In this document: one piece after another, positions 58,038 to 64,000 of the stretch
Layout of the letters: each line of letters starts with the position of its first letter
How positions within the stretch are numbered: the first letter of the stretch is position 1
NCBI GenBank assembly: GCA_965205265.1
Contig: CBDBGH010000003.1
Span: 4,768,001-4,832,000, forward strand
Length of the DNA: 64,000 nucleotides
Reading direction: 5' to 3'
Source: Alphaproteobacteria bacterium
Lineage (GTDB): Bacteria > Pseudomonadota > Alphaproteobacteria > Bin95
Notes under the pieces: generated by a model
What the model saw: only the letters and a program-made list of their open reading frames with translations
What the model was told of the DNA's origin: nothing
Database searches by the model: none
Made by a program: the position numbers and the translations under genes

Positions 58038-58532
58038 GTGTTCCCGCTCTCCCGCAAGGTCGAGAGATCCGGACCGTTTGCGGCGGGGCTGGGGGCCGCC
58101 GTCATTTACGGGGCGGTGATGGCGCTGCTCTCGGATGCGCTCGGGAAACCGGCCGCCTCCAGGCCTCCGACGGAGGGGCACTGGTTGGCGCTGGCGAGCG
58201 TTTTCATCTGCGGGTTGTTTTCGATCAGTTCATCGCGGAGGAACCGGCGAACCGTCGCCGTGATGGAGGGAACCGGCGTCATGCGCTTCGCCGACAGGAC
58301 CGGTTACCGGAAAGATATCGTTGACTATGTGGATCAGGAGAGAAGCATGGGCGTCTGCCTGCTCCTGTATTCGTTCGTTGTGGCAGCCTGGGCTGTCACA
58401 GCCGGGACCGTCCTGCTGCCGATGGAAGCCGGAATTCTCGGTGCGGTGGTATGGATGGGGCTCACCGGGTACCGCAATTCGACGCTGACCCAGAGGCTGG
58501 TGGAGCGGCTGACGGAGGAAGTACGGGGATGA
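58038..58532 (+). CDS. Membrane protein (family D)
   Basis: Four TM segments; VTAGTVLLPM...LGAVVW resembles 59053-59532. Confidence 0.6.
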   Translation: MFPLSRKVERSGPFAAGLGAAVIYGAVMALLSDALGKPAASRPPTEGHWLALASVFICGLFSISSSRRNRRTVAVMEGTGVMRFADRTGYRKDIVDYVDQERSMGVCLLLYSFVVAAWAVTAGTVLLPMEAGILGAVVWMGLTGYRNSTLTQRLVERLTEEVRG

Positions 58533-59056
58533 ACGTCAACCACGATCTATCATATGGCGACTCGGGTTGCGAAGACACTCTGGACACGGTCGGGGTAATG
58601 GTCGGCATGATCTTCGCGATTGTCGCGCCCTACTGTGTTCTTGGTTTTGCCCTTGAGGCAGTCATTCCTTTTGTCTCCCGGTATATTTCCGGAGAAATAA
58701 ATCCGCCCGTTTCGCTGATCGTCGTTTTGGCGATTGTGGGCGTCGTGGTGCTCTATTTGGCTAGTTTTATTGGTGCCCAATTATTGGCGCCTCTTGGTCC
58801 TTTGTTGGTCAAGATCACGCGAGTCGTCGATCCTGACCGCCGAGTTGCCAAGCGGACGTTCAAGTATGGCTGTATCGTCGCCGCGATTGTCAGCGTTATT
58901 GCGTTGCTCTTGCGCGGCTACAACATCGTCGTCCCGACCTTCGAGCTGTCTTTCGACCAGGCGGTCCTGTTCGGCTTGGTGCCACCGGTGCTTGGCGGGT
59001 TTGTCGGGATTGCGATTGCCGTCGCGTTCAACCGTTTGAGGCCCCGGCCTCAATGA
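58529..59056 (+). CDS. Membrane protein (AT-richer)
   Basis: ATGA overlap; four TM segments. Confidence 0.6.
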   Translation: MNVNHDLSYGDSGCEDTLDTVGVMVGMIFAIVAPYCVLGFALEAVIPFVSRYISGEINPPVSLIVVLAIVGVVVLYLASFIGAQLLAPLGPLLVKITRVVDPDRRVAKRTFKYGCIVAAIVSVIALLLRGYNIVVPTFELSFDQAVLFGLVPPVLGGFVGIAIAVAFNRLRPRPQ

Positions 59057-59532
59057 ACATGCAGGCGCTGCGGTACCGGTACGGTCCCTGCCTTGCAGGG
59101 GTTGCGGCAACCATTCTATGCGCCTTGCCACTTCTCCTCTTGCCGGCCCCGCAGGCCGCGACAGTCGGCTTTATCCTGCTGGGGGGCTGTATCCTCTTCG
59201 GGTTTCTCCAGGTGATTATGATGATCCGGGAACGGCCGGTACTCAGGATCGTGAACACTCCGGAGGCTCGCCGGGTGGAGGAGGAACTCGGAATCCGAGG
59301 CCATGTCGAAGCTGTTTCGAAAGACCGGGTCGTCTCGAGCGTCGCGCTTTGCATCGCGGCCCTGGCCTATTCGGTAACGGTCGACGGGACCTTCCTCTCC
59401 CCCATGCTGCCGATGGGCGTAGGGGCGCTCATCTGGTGCCATGCGGGCGCCAGACTTCATCTGTCGCTCAATCACCGGACCCTGGAACACTGGTCCAGGA
59501 AACTCGCATCGGACAAGTCCGAAGCCCCGTAA
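59053..59532 (+). CDS. Membrane protein (family D)
   Basis: ATGA overlap; VDGTFLSPM...VGALIW. Confidence 0.6.
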   Translation: MNMQALRYRYGPCLAGVAATILCALPLLLLPAPQAATVGFILLGGCILFGFLQVIMMIRERPVLRIVNTPEARRVEEELGIRGHVEAVSKDRVVSSVALCIAALAYSVTVDGTFLSPMLPMGVGALIWCHAGARLHLSLNHRTLEHWSRKLASDKSEAP

Positions 59533-59560
59533 TCGTGGAAGGAGCATTACGGTCGTGAAC

Positions 59561-60499
59561 ATGGAACAGAAGACAAAGGCGGGGCCTTGCGGCTTTCATG
59601 GCCGGATCCTCGAACTCGCAGGGTCTCTGGGATTCCTGATGGCCCTGCACGAGGTGCAGGGCCTGTTCCTGCCGGTTGTGCCGTCGGTCAGGCGGCGCCT
59701 TACCGACGTGCTGGTGAACCAGGCGGAGGCGTCGTGGATCGCCAGGATGGAATCCTGGGCTGCTGACCGCAGTGGAGCGCAGCTGACGGCGGAGGAGAGG
59801 ACAGGGTTTGCCTTGGCCGCCGGGAACGCGGAAGTCCAGTGGCTGAACGAGATGCTCGATGACCGGGAGGCGCCGATCCGGGCGGTGAGCCATGCCGTGC
59901 GCGACCGGATGCAGGTGCATCGGCTGAGAACGGATGCGTTGAGCCATCTCGGAATGGAAGAACAGTGGCGGTCGGACGCGGAGCGGGAAAGCCGCCTCGA
60001 ATTCGTCTGCGAGTGCCTGGTTCACGGGCTGCGTCCAGCGACGGCCTCGCCGTGGACAGGGGAGGGCGTGGAAAGTCGGCTCTCGACCTGGGTGCGCGAC
60101 ATTGCGTCAGGTCTCTGGCCGCACAGCGGAGAGGGCGGATTCACCGATCAGGACAGCGCGATCCTGAAGGTCGCTGGCAACGACCGGGACCTGCTGGTGG
60201 ATACAGGCAGGGCTGTCGCACGCATGCGGGGTCTGGGCCGACTGGAACCGAGGGGCGAACTCCAGATGCTGGGCCTGGACCACATTGCGGTAATCCTGGG
60301 CGGCCGCCCTGCGTCCACCGCGGATGAATTCGGACAGGAAGTGTTCGCCGCGCTCCCGGCATATCCGGCCAGGACCATGGCGCTCATGAATCGTCGGCGC
60401 GAGCTGTTCAAGGTCTGGGCCCGGCAGACCGGCGTCGAATTTAGCGGTCCGTTCGGAGGCCCCCGAAAACCGGTTCTCGAAGCGCTTGCCGATGCCTGA
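59561..60499 (+). CDS. Hypothetical protein
   Basis: 312-aa ORF with AAGGAG upstream. Confidence 0.6.
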   Translation: MEQKTKAGPCGFHGRILELAGSLGFLMALHEVQGLFLPVVPSVRRRLTDVLVNQAEASWIARMESWAADRSGAQLTAEERTGFALAAGNAEVQWLNEMLDDREAPIRAVSHAVRDRMQVHRLRTDALSHLGMEEQWRSDAERESRLEFVCECLVHGLRPATASPWTGEGVESRLSTWVRDIASGLWPHSGEGGFTDQDSAILKVAGNDRDLLVDTGRAVARMRGLGRLEPRGELQMLGLDHIAVILGGRPASTADEFGQEVFAALPAYPARTMALMNRRRELFKVWARQTGVEFSGPFGGPRKPVLEALADA

Positions 60500-61139
60500 C
60501 GCTGAAGTGCCTATGGAGGAAGGGCTCTGGTGCGTCGATGAGGTCGAGGCAGCAATCCGCTTGGGCATGGCGGCAACCTGCTTCGCCTTCGCGGGCCTCG
60601 ACTACTGGAGCTGGATTCTCCCGGTCCTCGTGGTCCTGTCGGGCGCCTGGTGGCGCGTGGCGCGAGGCGGGGATTTCTTCGAGACGGCACAGTGCATGCT
60701 GGCTTCATTCCTGCTGGCCGTCTGCGCCTACTCGATGATGAAGATTCTCCTGTATCTGGAGGAAGAGGGGGTTGCGGATTTCTGGCCAGGAGCAGACTTG
60801 ATGGCAAGCGGGGCTCTGGCCGGCGGTCTGGTGGCCGGATTTCTCTCGAGGTTCTGGCCCCGGCATTGGACGCACATGGCGCTGTCGGCATGCCGGGCGG
60901 TGACAGGGGGAGCCGTCGTCGTCCTCGCGGCCGCAGTGGTTCCGGCGACGGTGTTTTCGTTTGTCCTGGGGGAAATGCCGCCGACAGTATCCGGTCTGGA
61001 GTTCCTGTTCGTCGTGGTTCCGGTGTCGTGGGCAACCGTCAGGGTTCTGGCCAGTGCGTGGGCGGACGGTTTCTTGCTGGGGCGGGGCACCATCCTGTGG
61101 ACCAGGAATGCCAGTCCGGCCCAACTGCCTCCACCATGA
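60492..61139 (+). CDS. Multi-pass membrane protein (family C)
   Basis: SAWADGFLLGRGTILW and GALAGG shared with 55698-56663. Confidence 0.6.
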   Translation: MPDAEVPMEEGLWCVDEVEAAIRLGMAATCFAFAGLDYWSWILPVLVVLSGAWWRVARGGDFFETAQCMLASFLLAVCAYSMMKILLYLEEEGVADFWPGADLMASGALAGGLVAGFLSRFWPRHWTHMALSACRAVTGGAVVVLAAAVVPATVFSFVLGEMPPTVSGLEFLFVVVPVSWATVRVLASAWADGFLLGRGTILWTRNASPAQLPPP

Positions 61140-61206
61140 CCGGGAGGGCGGAAGATATCCCGGGTCCCGAGGTTCCAATCACATCCAGACAAGAAAGCCT
61201 TCGAGT

Positions 61207-62058
61207 ATGACAAGTCCCGCTTCAACGCCCCTTGCCGGGCCGCACATTTCGACGACAGTGAAATGGTATGACCCGGCGAAGGGCTACGGGTTCCTGATTC
61301 CCGATGACGGTTCGGCTGACATTCACTGCCGAATTTCGACATTGAGCGCCGTCGGCCTGGGCACGCTTCTCTCCGGGGCGAGGGTCGTGTGCGAGACGGT
61401 GGAGACCCAGCGCGGGCGTGAGGTCTCGCGGATCCTGAACATCGACTTCTCGGCGGCGGCGCCAGCGGCGGCCTCTTCCACGCGCGCCTCAGGCAACGGG
61501 CGTCCTGCCAACGAGCGGGGCATGGTTTCGGCCGGCGCCGACGGGACGGTCCGCGAGGTCCGGGCGTTCGTCAAATGGTTCGACACCGTCAAGGGCTACG
61601 GCTTCCTGCAGCCCGACGACATGTCTGCGGACCTGTTCTGCCATGTGAGCGCCTTGCAGGGGTCCGGCCAGGACACGCTGCCGGAGGGCGCGGCCGTAAC
61701 CTGCATGGTCGTCCGGGGCGACCGGGGTCCCCAGGTATCGAGAATCCTCTCGGTCGAGCCGCCGGTCGCCGTTTCCGGCGCGGCGGACCGCAACGGGTCC
61801 TTCGCTGCCCGGGAGCCGGTCCCGCAGACGGACGGTCTCGGGGCAACAGACATGGAGGTATCGGGCACGGTCAAGTTCTTCGATCCGGTGAAGGGGTTCG
61901 GCTTCGTCGTGCCGGACGAGGATGGGCCCGAGGTGTTTGTTCATGCCAGCGTGCTGTTCCGTTCCGGCATGACCGATCTGGAACCGGGGCAGCGGGTCTT
62001 GGTGTTTGCGGAAAGCGTGCCGCGCGGACTTCAGGCTACGGGCATAGAGCCACTCTGA
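61207..62058 (+). CDS. Cold-shock protein with three CSD domains
   Basis: VKWYDPAKGYGFL, VKWFDTVKGYGFL and VKFFDPVKGFGFV, each followed by an RNP2-like motif. Confidence 0.9.
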   Translation: MTSPASTPLAGPHISTTVKWYDPAKGYGFLIPDDGSADIHCRISTLSAVGLGTLLSGARVVCETVETQRGREVSRILNIDFSAAAPAAASSTRASGNGRPANERGMVSAGADGTVREVRAFVKWFDTVKGYGFLQPDDMSADLFCHVSALQGSGQDTLPEGAAVTCMVVRGDRGPQVSRILSVEPPVAVSGAADRNGSFAAREPVPQTDGLGATDMEVSGTVKFFDPVKGFGFVVPDEDGPEVFVHASVLFRSGMTDLEPGQRVLVFAESVPRGLQATGIEPL

Positions 62059-62078
62059 AGGCATTACGGGCGAGCGTG

Positions 62079-63272
62079 ATGAAGGAATTCGGAATGATGG
62101 AAGATCGGGATTTGCGGCTCTCGCTCGCCCGGAGCGCGCTGGTGCTGGGCGTCGTCCTGATGTTGAGCCGGCACCATGGGACCGACTGGATCCTGATTCA
62201 GGCGGGGTCGTACCTGCTGTGGATGATCTCGGTTCTGTTCATGGAGGCGGGCCGGAACCGGGAGAAACGCGAAGGTCCGGGGCGCTGGCCCCGGTCGGTG
62301 GCTCTGTGGGGAAGGATTTTCGAATTCCTGACGCGGCGCGACATGCGTGTAACCGGCTGCCTTGTCATCTTCGGCATCGAGGTGCTGCGGGAAAATGTAA
62401 TTCTGATGGGGGGATGGGATTTTCCCCTGGAATCCGGATCGGGGCCCCTGGAGACGGCCTGCGCTGCGCTGGCCGTGCTTCTGACAGTGCTTGCGGGCGC
62501 GAGGGACGGAGAGCTTGTCGCCCGGGCGTTGCGCCGTCATGGATGGCGCGTCCCGCTTGTCGTGTCCGGCGGGAGGGGGCGACGGAAGGAGAGAGCGGAA
62601 TACTGGGTTGGCGGTTCCGTGAACGCGATGGCGTGCGAGGCGCCTGCAGCCCGTCTGGAACTGGAAGCGTCCCTCATCTGGAGCCTGATCCTGTCGGGCA
62701 TCGCATTTACGGCGCTGGCGCCGGCGGGCCCGCAAGAGGCGCTGGTCCATCTGGCGGTTGTATATCTGGTCGCGGCGGCTGCGGCCCAGGGTGCCAGGTG
62801 GACTCTTGCCTGGACCCGGGCGGCAAGACCGCGCTTGAACCGGTGGTTCGGGGAACTGGTCGAGTTGTCCGGCCACTGGGACATCCGGCCGCTGGCCGCG
62901 CCGGTTGCCCTGGGCGCCCTGGTGGCGGTTGCGGCCATGATGGCCGACGTTGTGGCGATATTGGAAGCGAGGCCTCCTCCGACGGAGAATGCGGACAAGG
63001 AAGCCCTGATGAGAGCGCAGATGGATTCTCGGCTATGGCTGTCCGCTTGGTCTGCGGCGGTTCACGATGCCGACAGGGCCTATGCGTTCCTGGTCAACGG
63101 AATGCCTGTCCTTGTTGCCTTCTCCGGTTGGCACGACAGCATGTGGAGAGCCGCGGCAGTGAGTGAGACCGGTTCTTCGGATTGGCGGGCCTGGCGGCGC
63201 CGCCAACGCGACATGCGTTGGCGCAGATGGTTGCGTCTCGGTCCGGAACCGGAGGGAGCAGGCCATGCATGA
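62079..63272 (+). CDS. Multi-pass membrane protein
   Basis: Several hydrophobic segments; lies in the operon. Confidence 0.6.
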   Translation: MKEFGMMEDRDLRLSLARSALVLGVVLMLSRHHGTDWILIQAGSYLLWMISVLFMEAGRNREKREGPGRWPRSVALWGRIFEFLTRRDMRVTGCLVIFGIEVLRENVILMGGWDFPLESGSGPLETACAALAVLLTVLAGARDGELVARALRRHGWRVPLVVSGGRGRRKERAEYWVGGSVNAMACEAPAARLELEASLIWSLILSGIAFTALAPAGPQEALVHLAVVYLVAAAAAQGARWTLAWTRAARPRLNRWFGELVELSGHWDIRPLAAPVALGALVAVAAMMADVVAILEARPPPTENADKEALMRAQMDSRLWLSAWSAAVHDADRAYAFLVNGMPVLVAFSGWHDSMWRAAAVSETGSSDWRAWRRRQRDMRWRRWLRLGPEPEGAGHA

Positions 63273-63516
63273 GGTGCCCGCCAGCGGCCGCGAGCAGGAT
63301 TACCGGGATGCCGTGAAGCTGCTTTTCAGACTCCAGGAGATGCTCCGGGCCGTCCCGCTCGAGATTCTTTTCGACGAATGCGGAGTATGCCCCGAGAAGT
63401 TCGGCGAGCTCATGGGCGAGCACGCGCGCTATCTGGTGACAGAAAAGGGTCTGGTTGCCGAGGCGCTCGACTCGTGGACACCATATCCGGAGGAAATTCA
63501 GGGACCCGGACCGTAA
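63265..63516 (+). CDS. Small acidic protein
   Basis: GGAG RBS; ends EEIQGPGP. Confidence 0.55.
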   Translation: MHEVPASGREQDYRDAVKLLFRLQEMLRAVPLEILFDECGVCPEKFGELMGEHARYLVTEKGLVAEALDSWTPYPEEIQGPGP

Positions 63517-63707
63517 TCCGGCTTTCCCCATAAATCTGCTCGCGGCCTGAACGGGAATGCCGGCTTCGATGGTAGTTTGACGGGCGCTGTCGGGCCCGCA
63601 TCGGGAAAGGAATTCTCCGTGCGGCGGAGAACGAGACCCGGGTGGCGGGCGGACGAGTGGAGAGCATTCTCTGTTCCATCCGGAACCCCTGAAGGAGAGC
63701 AGCCGTC

Positions 63708-64000
63708 ATGAACGACGCAGGGACGTTGCCGCGGTCGATGGCCGTCTCGGCGCCGCTGGTTGGCGTCGCGATGCTTGCCGGGGCAGGGTTGACGCCGGTC
63801 TGGACCGCGGTTCTGGCCTATGGCGTCGGCCTTTTGTCCGGGGCCTTGGTGCCGGTGCCGGACAGCGGAGGGCGGGGCGAGGAGTGGAGGCGCCGCCTGG
63901 TCGAGGGTGTGGGCCGTTTCGATGCCGGAGGCGGGCTGTGGATCGTCTGGGGCCTTGTGCTCCTCGGGCTCGGGGCGTCCCTGATCCCGGGACTGGGCGT
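63708..64000 (+). CDS. Membrane protein, 3' truncated by the window edge
   Basis: AAGGAG RBS, ATG 63708, hydrophobic N-terminus, no stop seen before the window end. Confidence 0.5.
   Translation, partial: MNDAGTLPRSMAVSAPLVGVAMLAGAGLTPVWTAVLAYGVGLLSGALVPVPDSGGRGEEWRRRLVEGVGRFDAGGGLWIVWGLVLLGLGASLIPGLG

Noticed and set aside
1-64000. Many long antisense or alternate-frame ORFs (e.g. 4536-6623, 6927-9071, 15509-17713, 26609-28417)
   Set aside because: Shadow ORFs of high-GC coding genes; they overlap well-supported genes and show no motifs.

Overview
High-GC segment of a large conjugative element (megaplasmid or ICE), probably from an alphaproteobacterium (it carries a GapR/DUF2312 gene). The left half (1-28.4 kb) is transfer and backbone. 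It holds type IVB/IncI-like secretion genes (icmB/dotO partial, dotD-dotC-dotB-icmT, a probable icmW), a type IVb pilus block (pilP/Q/R-like, prepilin peptidase), a strawberry-notch helicase, a PcfJ-domain protein, a UvrD helicase split by IS1634, and a type IA topoisomerase. The right half is cargo with many paralogous unknown genes, three tandem DUF5131 genes, a Thg1-like 3'-5' polymerase, a PAPS-reductase-like protein, an ASCH protein, a triple cold-shock protein and stand-alone fragments resembling DotA and DotH. Mobile elements are two intact IS1634 copies (6-bp versus 287-bp target duplications), an IS21 element with two passenger genes, and a group II intron whose removal restores its host gene in frame. 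Two signals not explained by the gene calls stand out. First, nine mostly unrelated proteins end in P-[EGQ]-[PLM]-stop, a candidate C-terminal signal for T4BSS protein delivery into recipients. Second, a palindromic box CAATCSGATTG, usually paired at 17-bp spacing, overlaps the promoters of five cargo transcription units, a candidate repressor or zygotic-induction regulon. 44544-45870 is probably an assembly chimera. No rRNA, tRNA or CRISPR array was seen. All family calls come from motif recognition by eye; no database searches were run.
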